Of a stretch of DNA of 64,000 nucleotides, positions 38,803 to 48,037 are shown one piece after another (position 1 is the first letter of the stretch; the number at the start of each line of letters is the position of its first letter). The position numbers were made by a program, and so were the translations under genes. Origin of the DNA: Minisyncoccota bacterium (lineage in GTDB: Bacteria; Patescibacteriota; Minisyncoccia; Phycocordibacterales; BOKC01); contig CP129473.1 of the NCBI GenBank assembly GCA_030583745.1, positions 552,211-616,210 on the forward strand. The letters run 5' to 3'. The notes below the pieces were generated by a model that was not told where the DNA came from, made no database searches, and saw only the letters and a program-made list of their open reading frames with translations.

Positions 38803-40746
38803 ATGAAAAAAAATAGAAATAACGACTTATCACTTTGCCGAGGCCAAGCTGTCTTGATTGCTGCTATTTTCTTTTTGCTTATTTCTTCTGTTGTAATTTT
38901 TGGAATTGCTATTCCGATTTCAAAGCAAATTGCCGTGGCCTCCGACCTTTTTAAATCAAAAGAAAGCTTTTTTCTAGCCGAAGGCGGATTAGAAGACGTT
39001 TTTTATAGACTGGCTAACGGGTATGAGGTTTTGTCGTCCGAGCAACTTAACTTTGGTGATTATAATGTAAATATTGCTATTACTGATGCCGGTCAAAATA
39101 AGGTGATTGTCGCTGAAGCGGACAGAGGGTCTTATTTTCGTAAAATAAAAAGCGAATTATTTTTAGGTGAAGGTAATTCGTTTAATTATGCCGTCCAGTC
39201 AGGTAACGGAGGTTTTCGTATAGAGGGTGGGGCGACCGTGAATGGCAATATTTATTCTAATGGTGATGTTATTGGTCTTAGTGGTGTAACAGTAACCGGC
39301 TCTGTCGTAGCGGCAAGTAGCCCGACAGTTTTTCCTAATCAATCCAATAGCTCTCCATCCATTCCCCCAAACGACCTAACCTTCGGTTCTTCAAACGGTA
39401 ATCAAGATTTTGCTCAAAGTTTTCGGCTAAGCGAGTCCGGTGCTGTTTACAAAGCCAGGATGTATATGAGAAAAAGCGGAAGTCCGAGCAATATTACCGT
39501 CAAAATTGCTTTTGACAATAATGGTCTCCCAGGCGCAATGGTGAGCGGTGCACAGGTAACATTACCGGCCGGTTCGGTCGGCACATCCTACGGTTGGGTG
39601 GAGGTGGTTTTTGGTTCTCAACCATATATACAATCCGACACTACTTATTGGTTGGTCTTAGACAAAGCAAATAATTCTGGAAGTTATACAATTGGAGCAA
39701 ATACTGATTATGCGAGTGGCGTTGGCAAGGTCGGGAGATTTGGTTCGACGTGGAACGACACCTTTCCTTCGGGGTTAGATGGCTATTTTGAAATATTTAT
39801 TGATGGCTTTGTTTCAAAGATTGAGGGGGAAGGCGGTAGTCAGTGGTATCAACCTTTTAATATAAACGGCGACAGTTGGGCAAACACAATTATTCAGACT
39901 AGGACTTATGGCACAATGTATTGTCAAAACTCAATTAATAATTATCCAGGACCTAGCGGAACCCCATGTGACACATCTCGTGCTGATCCTGCGCCTCAAG
40001 GTTTCCCAATTTCTGATTCAAATATTCAGTCATGGAAGGATGAGGTTTCGGACTCTATATCTAACAGTGATTTATGGGAGCAGAGTGAGACAATGACTGT
40101 GCCGTGGGACGGAATTAATAAAAACACGCCCCTCAAGGTAAATGGTAACTTAACCATTAGTTGCAATAACGGTTATCAAGCAGTTTTCAGCGACCTTTTG
40201 GTTACTGGTAATATGAGCATAGGTTCAAGTTGCACGACAATAATAAATGGATTTTTGAAAGTGAACGGCAATTTATCTATGTCTGGTGGCGATACAAATA
40301 TCCTAATGCCGACTAAGACTGTTTGGGTTGGTGGCAATATTGATTTCGGAACAAAAAAACTTCAACTTCATTCGTCATATCTTAATGATAGTGGAATAAT
40401 TTTAGTTGACGGAAGAGCAAATATTGGTGGCAGTTTTGTTTTTGAGGGTTCGGGGCAACCAACAAGTTTTCCAATTTTGGTTTCAACAAGCTTATGCCCG
40501 TTTGGTGCATCGTGTGGGGGAAACCCAGCTATAAGTGTGGCCGGTAGCGCTGGGGCTGCGGTTGTTGTTGCCCCTTACGGAACCTTGCGACTTGCAGGTG
40601 GTTCTGGGGTAAAAGCGATGGTTGCTCACCGAATTGAAATTTCCGGAAGCGGAGAGGTGAATTATGAGTCTGGACTAGCTGACATAACATTCTCTTCAGG
40701 TCCGTCAGGTGGCTGGAATGTGTTAAATTGGAGAGAGGTTGAGTAA
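38803..40746 (+). CDS. large pilus-associated protein (PilX/PilY-like position), N-terminal TM anchor
   Basis: 647 aa; N-terminal hydrophobic segment AVLIAAIFFLLISSVVIFGIAI; Gly/Ser/Asn-rich beta-type C-terminal part; last gene of the pilus operon. Confidence 0.5.
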   Translation: MKKNRNNDLSLCRGQAVLIAAIFFLLISSVVIFGIAIPISKQIAVASDLFKSKESFFLAEGGLEDVFYRLANGYEVLSSEQLNFGDYNVNIAITDAGQNKVIVAEADRGSYFRKIKSELFLGEGNSFNYAVQSGNGGFRIEGGATVNGNIYSNGDVIGLSGVTVTGSVVAASSPTVFPNQSNSSPSIPPNDLTFGSSNGNQDFAQSFRLSESGAVYKARMYMRKSGSPSNITVKIAFDNNGLPGAMVSGAQVTLPAGSVGTSYGWVEVVFGSQPYIQSDTTYWLVLDKANNSGSYTIGANTDYASGVGKVGRFGSTWNDTFPSGLDGYFEIFIDGFVSKIEGEGGSQWYQPFNINGDSWANTIIQTRTYGTMYCQNSINNYPGPSGTPCDTSRADPAPQGFPISDSNIQSWKDEVSDSISNSDLWEQSETMTVPWDGINKNTPLKVNGNLTISCNNGYQAVFSDLLVTGNMSIGSSCTTIINGFLKVNGNLSMSGGDTNILMPTKTVWVGGNIDFGTKKLQLHSSYLNDSGIILVDGRANIGGSFVFEGSGQPTSFPILVSTSLCPFGASCGGNPAISVAGSAGAAVVVAPYGTLRLAGGSGVKAMVAHRIEISGSGEVNYESGLADITFSSGPSGGWNVLNWREVE

Positions 40747-40781
40747 AATTAAAATATGAAAAAAATAATAATTGGTAATTG

Positions 40782-40946
40782 CCCCGAAAAATTTAAAATC
40801 TTTGATTTTTTAATTTTTCGAGGGTCCCGTGATGTTCGAACCTTTTTTGTTAGTAGATATTATACTAGTTAATTAGATTTTAAATTAAACGGGGTCCTCG
40901 AAAATGTAATCTCACTCTGTTCGAACATTTTCGGGAGAAAATGAAT
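40782..40946. mobile_element. MITE-like ~165-bp insertion with imperfect terminal inverted repeats, flanked by a 30-bp direct duplication of the tpiA start
   Basis: The direct repeat aaatatgaaaaaaataataattggtaattg occurs at 40752..40781 and 40947..40976. The element ends are ccccgaaaaat ... attttcggg; internal palindromes (gttcgaac x2) and inverted segments are present. Confidence 0.5.
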
Positions 40947-40951
40947 TAAAT

Positions 40952-41731
40952 ATGAAAAAAATAATAATTGGTAATTGGAAGATGAATCCGGAAACGGCTG
41001 AAGAGGCCAAGCGGATTTTTTCCGGTATAAAAAAGCTGGCAAGAGATTTTAAAAAAACCGAAATTGTTATCTGCCCGCCGTTTGTTTTTCTTGTTTCACT
41101 TTCGACTTCCAACCTCCAGCTTTCAAACTTAAAGCTTGGCGCTCAAAATATTTTTGAAGAAGACCCGAAAAATGGCAGTCGGGCTTTTACCGGCGAAACG
41201 AGCGCCACAATGCTGAAAGGTTTAGCTGTTAAATATGTAATTTTAGGTCATTCTGAAAGGCGGGCGCGTGGCGAGACGGATGAGGTAGTTAATAAAAAAA
41301 TAAAAACTGCTCTTAAAGCCGGCCTTACGCCCGTGGTTTGCGTTGGAGAAAACGAGCGCGATAGTGATGGAAAATTTTTTGAGATTTTAAAAAATCAAAT
41401 TAAGAATACCTTTGCCGGACTAAAGAAAAATGATTTTTCAAGAATAATTTTGGCTTATGAGCCGGTCTGGGCGATTGGCAAGAGTGAAAGAGATAATCTC
41501 AAAGGTGCCGATTTACATGAAGCGGTAATTTTTATTAGAAAAGTTTTATCAGAAATTGTTGGTAAGCCGTCGGCTTTTAATGCCCGAATTATTTATGGCG
41601 GGTCGGTGTCTTCGGCTAACGTCGCGGATATCATTTCAAACGGTCGGGTTTCCGGAATTTTACCAGGCCGAGCCAGTTTGGATCCGAAAGAGATGAAAGA
41701 GATCTTAATAATCCTGGAAAAATTAAAGTGA
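40952..41731 (+). CDS. tpiA: triosephosphate isomerase
   Basis: MKKIIIGNWKMN..., ...ILGHSERR..., ...AYEPVWAIG...GGSV... Confidence 0.9.
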   Translation: MKKIIIGNWKMNPETAEEAKRIFSGIKKLARDFKKTEIVICPPFVFLVSLSTSNLQLSNLKLGAQNIFEEDPKNGSRAFTGETSATMLKGLAVKYVILGHSERRARGETDEVVNKKIKTALKAGLTPVVCVGENERDSDGKFFEILKNQIKNTFAGLKKNDFSRIILAYEPVWAIGKSERDNLKGADLHEAVIFIRKVLSEIVGKPSAFNARIIYGGSVSSANVADIISNGRVSGILPGRASLDPKEMKEILIILEKLK

Positions 41732-42855
41732 GAAGTTTAAAAGGAATTGGTGATTTGTTCGGTAAGAAGGTTTTACTGCGTATTGATCTGAACGTTCCGA
41801 TCAAAGACGGTAAAGCTCTGGAAAATTTCCGGATAAAAAAAGTCCTGCCAACTATAAATTTTTTAAAAGAGAGTGGGGCTAAGATAATCCTTCTTTCTCA
41901 TTTGGAAGACAAGAATAAAAATGTTTTGGGACTAGGGCCGGTTTATGAATATTTGAGAAAATATTTTCCGGAAATTATTTTTGCCTCGGATTTTAGCGAG
42001 CTTAAAATAGCTATTCAGAATGCCGGGGCCGGAGATTTAATTCTTTTAGAAAATTTAAGGAATTGGCCGGGTGAAAAAAGTTGCGATGAAAATTTTATTA
42101 ATGAACTGGCTTCATTCGGTGATATTTACATAAACGATGCTTTTTCGGTCTCTCACCGAGAGCACGCCTCAATTGTCGGTTTGCCGAAAAAACTTCCGAG
42201 TTTCACTGGATTTTTATTTGAGGAAGAATTGAAAAATTTATCGAAAGTTTTTTCGCCCGAACACCCCTTTCTTTTTATTCTCGGCGGCGCAAAAACCGAA
42301 ACCAAACTTCCACTCTTTGCAAAATTTATTAAAACTGCCGATTATATTTTTATCGGCGGTGTTTTAGCCAACGATTTTTTAAAAGCCCGAGGATTTGAAG
42401 TTGGAAAATCCCTTGTTTCAAAAGGCATAGAAGAAGAAATCATTCGGCTTTCACAAAACTCAAAAGTTATTCTTTCTCAAAATGTCATTGTCGGAAACAA
42501 AGATATCTCGATTAAAAAATCTATTGGCAATGTTTCAGAAGAAGATGCGATAAAAGACGTGGTGGTTAGTGACTTAGAAGTTCTTGAGCGAGTCATTCAA
42601 AAATCAAAATTTATTCTTTGGAACGGCCCAATGGGGAATTTAGAAGAAAGTTTTTTGGAAGGTACGCAGAAATTAGCCAAGTTGATTTCTCAAAGTCCGG
42701 CCAAATCAATTATGGGCGGTGGAGATACAATTTCAGCTTTAGATGACTCCGTTTTGGAAAAATTCAGTTTTGTCTCAACCGCCGGCGGCGCGATGTTGGA
42801 TTTTCTGGCCAACGAGACTTTGCCGGGGATAGAAGCGCTTGAGCTAGGAAATTAG
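41728..42855 (+). CDS. pgk: phosphoglycerate kinase
   Basis: N-terminal LLRIDLNVP, and C-terminal ...MGGGDT...STAGGAMLDFL. Confidence 0.9.
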   Translation: MRSLKGIGDLFGKKVLLRIDLNVPIKDGKALENFRIKKVLPTINFLKESGAKIILLSHLEDKNKNVLGLGPVYEYLRKYFPEIIFASDFSELKIAIQNAGAGDLILLENLRNWPGEKSCDENFINELASFGDIYINDAFSVSHREHASIVGLPKKLPSFTGFLFEEELKNLSKVFSPEHPFLFILGGAKTETKLPLFAKFIKTADYIFIGGVLANDFLKARGFEVGKSLVSKGIEEEIIRLSQNSKVILSQNVIVGNKDISIKKSIGNVSEEDAIKDVVVSDLEVLERVIQKSKFILWNGPMGNLEESFLEGTQKLAKLISQSPAKSIMGGGDTISALDDSVLEKFSFVSTAGGAMLDFLANETLPGIEALELGN

Positions 42856-42880
42856 GCGCTAGGCGTTAGGAATTTAGTAA

Positions 42881-43121
42881 GAAAAAAGCCCGGCGTCCTT
42901 GCGTCCGCCGGGCTTCTGGGGTCTCGCGTAACGCTAGTGCGCGCTGACGCAACCCCATCGCCCAACCTCACTTTCCTGCAAAGTGGGGTGGGCGTGTTGA
43001 GTCGCAACCTCCAGGTCGTGCCCGTTTGACCCGAAGTGAAGAGCTCCGCTGAACTAGGGGCCGTATTGCAGGCAGGCCAATTTCAATGCGTGCTCGTTGC
43101 GACCAACTTAACTTGTTTCTA
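42881..43121 (-). ncRNA. candidate structured non-coding RNA of unknown family (~240 nt, GC-rich) with its own promoter and terminator
   Basis: Minus-strand TTGACA-N17-TAATCT promoter at 43128..43156; long-range helices (GGUCGCAAC/GUUGCGACU); intrinsic terminator GCCCGGCG...CGCCGGGC plus U6 at 42881..42913; no ORF with a ribosome-binding site. Confidence 0.45.
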
Positions 43122-43127
43122 TTTAGG

Positions 43128-43156
43128 AGATTACCACCGTGCCTTTTTCTTGTCAA
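43128..43156 (-). promoter_or_regulatory. sigma70-like promoter TTGACA-N17-TAATCT
   Basis: Minus-strand reading: tctagaTTGACAagaaaaaggcacggtggTAATCTcc. Confidence 0.5.
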
Positions 43157-43197
43157 TCTAGACCTTGCCGGGGATTGAATACTCGCGTTAGATTTTA

Positions 43198-43374
43198 CTT
43201 TTAAAATAGAAAACCCGTCGCGAGGGCATAACTCGCGACGGGTTGTGGAGAAAATGATTAAAGACAGAGGATTCTCCTGTACGGAAGGTGAATGACTTCT
43301 TCCGCACATCCTCTACCTCTTCGTTCGGGGTCACGGCGCAGGGCACAGCCCCAAATCGCTACCCGAACGCTCTG
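43198..43374 (-). ncRNA. candidate structured small RNA of unknown family (~175 nt) with a consensus promoter and an intrinsic terminator
   Basis: Minus-strand TTGACA-N16-TAGAAT promoter at 43381..43408. Nested helices: GACAGAG/CUCUGUC, CGUUCGGG/CCCGAACG, and a 9-bp GUGCGGAAG/CUUCCGUAC helix. Terminator: an 11-bp stem (CCCGTCGCGAG/CTCGCGACGGG) followed by a U-tract. Confidence 0.5.
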
Positions 43375-43380
43375 TCGAAG

Positions 43381-43408
43381 ATTCTATACCTTTTTTTATT
43401 TTTGTCAA
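43381..43408 (-). promoter_or_regulatory. sigma70-like promoter TTGACA-N16-TAGAAT
   Basis: Minus-strand reading: aaatacTTGACAaaaataaaaaaaggtaTAGAATctt. Confidence 0.55.
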
Positions 43409-43574
43409 GTATTTTCAGCTATCTTTCTTCTCTAAGTAGTTAAAACACGCCTTAAAATAAAGCTTTTACAAGGACTACCCTTGGTACAAGGACTACCCTT
43501 GGATTGGGGGGATTGATTGTCTGACTAAGAATTTTCTAGTATTTCCCTAAACCCTAAACCCTAGTCTCTAGACT

Positions 43575-43940
43575 CTATTCAAGGTTTTCTTTTATCTTTT
43601 CAGCGTTCTCTGGTAGGTCGCTTTTGTGTCCCTCGGCATCTCCGGCTGGGAAGACCCAAATGTGGGCGTGGGGCTGTTCGTCGCCGATAATTCGGCATAA
43701 AATCCACTCTGTTTTAAAGGCCTTTCTCTGGGCTAGGGCGATTTTCCGGGTAATTTCAAAATATTCACCAATATTAGGCACATCCCAAACCCAACGGTAA
43801 TGCTCTTTGGGAACAACTTGAACGTGTCCCGGTGTCTGTGGATTGATGTCTAAAAAAGCCATAAAGTTTTCGTCTTCGTAAACTATGTGAGCCGACACTT
43901 CCTTTCTGGCAATTTTGCAAAAAATGCAATCTTTTTCCAT
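43575..43940 (-). CDS. HIT-family (histidine triad) hydrolase
   Basis: CIFCKI N-terminus, and an HxHxH triad region (...QPHAHIWVFP...). Confidence 0.8.
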   Translation of the reverse strand: MEKDCIFCKIARKEVSAHIVYEDENFMAFLDINPQTPGHVQVVPKEHYRWVWDVPNIGEYFEITRKIALAQRKAFKTEWILCRIIGDEQPHAHIWVFPAGDAEGHKSDLPENAEKIKENLE

Positions 43941-43966
43941 GTTGGGGATTATAGCATGATATAATC

Positions 43967-45682
43967 TTGAAAATGAAAGAATATTCTTTGGCGGAAGTCC
44001 CGGTTTTGGCAGGTGACTCGGGGAATGACGCCGACATTCTTCTTAAAAAACTTCTTTATTTAAGGGGATTAAAAACTGAAGCGGAGATAGAAAAATTTTT
44101 AAATCCAGATTACGACGAGCATCTTCACGACCCTTTTCTATTGAACGATATTGAAATTGCCGCTGAACGGATTATTTCTGCTATAAAAGAGAATCAAAAA
44201 ATTATCATTTACAGCGACTACGACGCCGATGGTATTCCGGGCGCAGTAATGCTTCGGGATTTCTTTGAGCAAATCAACTTTAAAAATTTTGAAAACTATA
44301 TTCCGCATCGACACAACGATGGCTTCGGCTTACATTTGGAGGCGGTTGAAAGTTTTGCTGAAAAAAATACTCGACTTATCATTACAATTGATTGTGGCAC
44401 GGCGGACGTTGCGCAAGTCAAAAAAGCTAACGACCTTGGAGTTGATGTCATTATTACGGACCACCACGAAATAAACGGCGGTGGCTTACCTCCGGCTTTG
44501 GCGGTCATAAATCCCAAGCGACCGGACTCAACTTATCCTTTTCCGCATCTATGCGGGGCGGCGGTGGTTTATAAGCTCATTCAAGCTCTGATCCAAAAAG
44601 GCGATTTTTCTTGGCCGTCTGGCAAAGAGAAATGGTTTTTAGATATGGCCGGCCTGGCGACTCTCTCTGACATGGTGCCGCTTTTGGGAGAGAACAGAAT
44701 TTTTGCTTATTACGGCCTGAAAGTTTTGCGAAAGTCGCGGCGGCCGGGTCTGCGTCAAATTTTCCAGAAATTGAGAATAAACCAAAGATTTCTTTCCGAA
44801 GACGATATAACTTTTATGATTACCCCTCGGATTAACGCCGCTTCCAGAATGGGCAGCGCTGACGACGCCTTTTCTTTTTTAACCGCTAAGAATTTTTCGG
44901 AAGCCGAAGTGGCGGTGTTACGGCTAAATAAAATCAACGATGAAAGAAAGGGTCTTGTGGCCATAATCGTAAAAGAAATTAGAGGAAGAATTAGAGACAA
45001 TGATCCAGGAATCCACGACAGGGCGGTTGTAATTGGTAATCCAAACTGGCGGCCATCTCTGCTTGGTTTAGTAGCCAATAGTTTGGTTGAGGATTTTAAA
45101 CGACCGGTTTTTCTTTGGGGTCGAGACGGGGAGAATATGATAAAAGGTTCGTGTCGTTCCGATGGCAGGGCAGATATTCTGGCTGTGATGGAGCGGACTA
45201 AAGATTGTTTTTTAGAGTTCGGCGGTCACAAAATGGCCGGCGGTTTCTCGGTCTTTTTTGAAAAAATTCACACTTTGCCGGAGAGAATTTTTGCGGTTTG
45301 CGACGATTTGGCTCTTGAAAATAAAATAGAGGGTGGGATTTTGGCAATTGACGGAAAATTGAGTAGCCAAGACTTAACTCCGAAAACTTTTGAATTAATT
45401 GAAAAACTATCACCTTTTGGTGTCGGTAATCCTAAGCCCGTTTTTCTTTTGGAGAATTTGGAAATAAAATCAATCAAAAAATTTGGTCAAGGAGGCAAGC
45501 ATGTTCGAATTACTTTTCTGGAAACTGACATACCAGGCATTTGTTTTTTTGCCAAACCGGAGAAATTTGAAGATTTGGTGGAGGGAAGCAGAGTGGATTT
45601 AGCGGTCAACTTGGAGAAGTCTTTTTTTATGAATCGTCCGGAGCTTCGTCTGCGGATTGTTGAAGTTTTTAAAAAAATATAA
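43967..45682 (+). CDS. recJ: single-stranded-DNA-specific exonuclease RecJ
   Basis: DHH-family motifs YSDYDADG and ITDHHE, plus a DHHA1-like C-terminal region. Confidence 0.85.
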   Translation: MKMKEYSLAEVPVLAGDSGNDADILLKKLLYLRGLKTEAEIEKFLNPDYDEHLHDPFLLNDIEIAAERIISAIKENQKIIIYSDYDADGIPGAVMLRDFFEQINFKNFENYIPHRHNDGFGLHLEAVESFAEKNTRLIITIDCGTADVAQVKKANDLGVDVIITDHHEINGGGLPPALAVINPKRPDSTYPFPHLCGAAVVYKLIQALIQKGDFSWPSGKEKWFLDMAGLATLSDMVPLLGENRIFAYYGLKVLRKSRRPGLRQIFQKLRINQRFLSEDDITFMITPRINAASRMGSADDAFSFLTAKNFSEAEVAVLRLNKINDERKGLVAIIVKEIRGRIRDNDPGIHDRAVVIGNPNWRPSLLGLVANSLVEDFKRPVFLWGRDGENMIKGSCRSDGRADILAVMERTKDCFLEFGGHKMAGGFSVFFEKIHTLPERIFAVCDDLALENKIEGGILAIDGKLSSQDLTPKTFELIEKLSPFGVGNPKPVFLLENLEIKSIKKFGQGGKHVRITFLETDIPGICFFAKPEKFEDLVEGSRVDLAVNLEKSFFMNRPELRLRIVEVFKKI

Positions 45683-46431
45683 TGAATCAGAAATCACAAA
45701 TTATAATTTTTACAGACGGCGCGTCACGGGGTAATCCGGGCCCGGGGGGCTGGGGTGCCATCATCGCTGAAAGCGGCGATGTACGGATTAACGCGGATGA
45801 AAATGCACGCGGATTAACGCGGATTGTCGAACTCGGCGGGCGAGAAGAACATACCACCAACAACCGCATGGAATTAACTGCCGCAATAAAGGCTTTAGAA
45901 TTTTCTCATACCCTAAACTCTGGTGGCTATACACTAATTTACACCGATTCAAAATACTTAATAGACGGAATAACTAAATGGATTTTTTCTTGGGAGAAAA
46001 GAAATTGGGTTACCAAAAACAAAGAGCCAGTTTTGAACAAAGATTTATGGGAAAAACTTTTAGAGCTGACAAAGTTTAGAGAGATAGAATGGAAATATGT
46101 TGGTGGACATTCCGGAATTGCCGGCAATGAGAGAGTAGACCAAATTGCCACTGAATTTGCCGACGGAAAAGCCACAAATCTTTTTTCAAGTGATATTTCA
46201 AAATATAAAATTGATATTTTAAATTTGAACGGGGAAGAAAAGAAAAAAAGTTCTAAAAATCGCTCTCGCAGTAAAGCTTATTCGTATTTAAGTATGGTAG
46301 AAGGTGTGGTCGAGAAGCATAAAACTTGGGCAGAGTGTGAGAGGAGGGTAAAAGGCAAAAGTGGCGCCAGATTCAAAAAAGCATTAAGTGCGGAAGAAGA
46401 AAAAGAAATTATAAAAAACTGGTCTCTCTGA
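45682..46431 (+). CDS. rnhA: ribonuclease HI with a C-terminal extension
   Basis: IIFTDGASRGNPGPGGWG..., ...NNRMELTAAIKAL..., YTDSKY..., ...HSGIAGNERVDQIA. It contains a short internal direct repeat (acgcggattaacgcggat x2). Confidence 0.8.
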   Translation: MNQKSQIIIFTDGASRGNPGPGGWGAIIAESGDVRINADENARGLTRIVELGGREEHTTNNRMELTAAIKALEFSHTLNSGGYTLIYTDSKYLIDGITKWIFSWEKRNWVTKNKEPVLNKDLWEKLLELTKFREIEWKYVGGHSGIAGNERVDQIATEFADGKATNLFSSDISKYKIDILNLNGEEKKKSSKNRSRSKAYSYLSMVEGVVEKHKTWAECERRVKGKSGARFKKALSAEEEKEIIKNWSL

Positions 46432-46530
46432 AGTTAATTTTCTGGGCGGTGCAGGGCGGTGTAGAGTAGTGTAGAAAAATGAAGCTGAAAAGAAGTCGAT
46501 TTTTAAGCATGATTGCTCTTATTCATAACC

Positions 46531-48027
46531 CTAGAGTGTTTCCGAGTTTCTTTGTTTTAAATATTTATTTCTTAAGAACACTACAGTGGTAATTAGAAAA
46601 ACATAAAAAACAATCACGAGTGACCAATGGAAATTTTCTACTTTTATACCGCTCCATTTAAAGTTATCAAAAAACTGGCTTAAAGAAATTATATAGCTCA
46701 ATAAAAGAAATGCCGGAAAAGAGAAAACCACTCCAACAGCTTGAGAAACGAGGCCGGCTAAGATTCCGATAAAACCGAAACCGATGACAAAAGGCAAGAG
46801 GGGCACGACAAGAACGTTGACTACCGGCGCGGAAAGAGAAAAGAGTCCGAAGTTGTAAACCAAAATCGGCAAAGTTGAAATCTGGGCGCCTAAAGTCATT
46901 GATAAGACTTTTTTCAACCAAACTAATTTTTTGTTTTTCAATACAGAAATTTTTTCAAGTATTAAATTAAAAAGCGGGGCGATATAGATAATTCCCAAAA
47001 CCGCTAGAAATGACAGTTGAAAACCGGCATCAAAACGCAAAAGTGCGGGATTAAAAAGAAGCATTGCGAATGCCGCCAAGACTAAAGCTCTTGGTGCGAA
47101 GTAATTTCTCCGCACCTTTTCCGCCAGAAGCACTATACTTGCCATAATGCCGGCTCTGACCGCTGATGGTGGAAAGCCGACAAGGGCAATATAAAAAATA
47201 AGAAAAAATAAAACCAGATAAAAACCCCGATCCTTTCCCAACTTGGTTCCATAAGCAAAAAAAGCCATAAGAAGTGAAGCGATGATGGTGATGTGCATTC
47301 CAGAAATGGCGGTGATGTGGCGGATACCGGTTGTGTTAAAAGATTCCTTCAGATAATCCGGCAGAAGTTGTTTATCGCCCAAAACCATCGCGCCTAAAAG
47401 TTCGCTTTCAGGAAAAGGTAGGGCGCGTCTGTTGGCCTGCCTTAGCTTTTCTTTTATTTGTAAAATCGCGACATAGAAATTGAAACCACTCTTTTGGAGA
47501 ATTTCTATTTCCGGATAATAGGAAACGGTTCGGATGCCGTCTTTTGATAAGAATTCGCGATAATTGAAATCAGGAAATTCTTTAGGAGTTTGTAATGTGC
47601 CTTGAATTAAAATTTTGTCTCCCGGGTTAAATTTTTGGGAAAGCTCGGTGCTGACTAAAATCTTTTCGTTTAGAGGTTGGGTTAGCAAGATATACTTGAT
47701 GTGATTTTCTCTTAAATCTCTTTGCCCCCTTATGACGCCAGAGATTTTGACGACTTCTTCAGTGTCTCTAAAAATCCGCAGTTCATCTTTAGCAAAGAGT
47801 TTTGCTTCGGTTCTTAAAATTCCCAAACCGGCAAAAACAGAAATGAAAGCGATACCAAGAAAAAATTTAAGCGCTTGGCGATCTAATATAAAGATTAGCG
47901 TAAATACAGCGAGTGAAATAAAAGAGAGGTTAATGAAAAAAAGCCAGGGAAAATCAAAAAATGACCTTAAGAAAACTCCGACAACAAAAGCGGCGAGAGA
48001 ATAAAACAGCCAATCAGCCAACTTCAT
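46531..48027 (-). CDS. comEC: ComEC/Rec2-family DNA internalisation channel protein (membrane competence domain only)
   Basis: 498 aa polytopic membrane protein with a ComEC N-terminal/competence-domain architecture; it has no metallo-beta-lactamase domain. Confidence 0.65.
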   Translation of the reverse strand: MKLADWLFYSLAAFVVGVFLRSFFDFPWLFFINLSFISLAVFTLIFILDRQALKFFLGIAFISVFAGLGILRTEAKLFAKDELRIFRDTEEVVKISGVIRGQRDLRENHIKYILLTQPLNEKILVSTELSQKFNPGDKILIQGTLQTPKEFPDFNYREFLSKDGIRTVSYYPEIEILQKSGFNFYVAILQIKEKLRQANRRALPFPESELLGAMVLGDKQLLPDYLKESFNTTGIRHITAISGMHITIIASLLMAFFAYGTKLGKDRGFYLVLFFLIFYIALVGFPPSAVRAGIMASIVLLAEKVRRNYFAPRALVLAAFAMLLFNPALLRFDAGFQLSFLAVLGIIYIAPLFNLILEKISVLKNKKLVWLKKVLSMTLGAQISTLPILVYNFGLFSLSAPVVNVLVVPLLPFVIGFGFIGILAGLVSQAVGVVFSFPAFLLLSYIISLSQFFDNFKWSGIKVENFHWSLVIVFYVFLITTVVFLRNKYLKQRNSETL

Positions 48028-48037
48028 TTTTTATTTT

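Noticed and set aside
42968-43309. 113-aa minus-strand ORF in the GC-rich region after pgk
   Set aside because: It spans an intrinsic terminator (43198..43241) and two promoter-like sites. It has Arg/Ser-rich composition and no ribosome-binding site. It is better explained as two ncRNA cassettes.
42881-43408. Identification of the GC-rich RNAs as tmRNA, RNase P RNA, SRP RNA or a retron msr/msd
   Set aside because: By-eye motif comparison found no tmRNA tag ORF ending in ALAA with a GGGG 5' end and tRNA-like 3' end, no P4 strands GGAAAGUCCGG / ACAGAANCCGGCUUA, and no helix-8 GGAAGCAGC. For a retron, the UAGC branch context and a1/a2-like stems are present in one unit but there is no reverse transcriptase gene. 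Family left undetermined.
43543-43565. Telomere-like CCCTAAA repeats
   Set aside because: Only 2.5 copies. They belong to the short intergenic CCTAAACC motif family and appear coincidental.
45790-45840. Internal direct repeat (acgcggattaacgcggat x2) in rnhA as a possible mobile insertion
   Set aside because: It is in-frame, only ~40 nt, and the RNase H catalytic motifs remain intact. Most likely a small slippage duplication.
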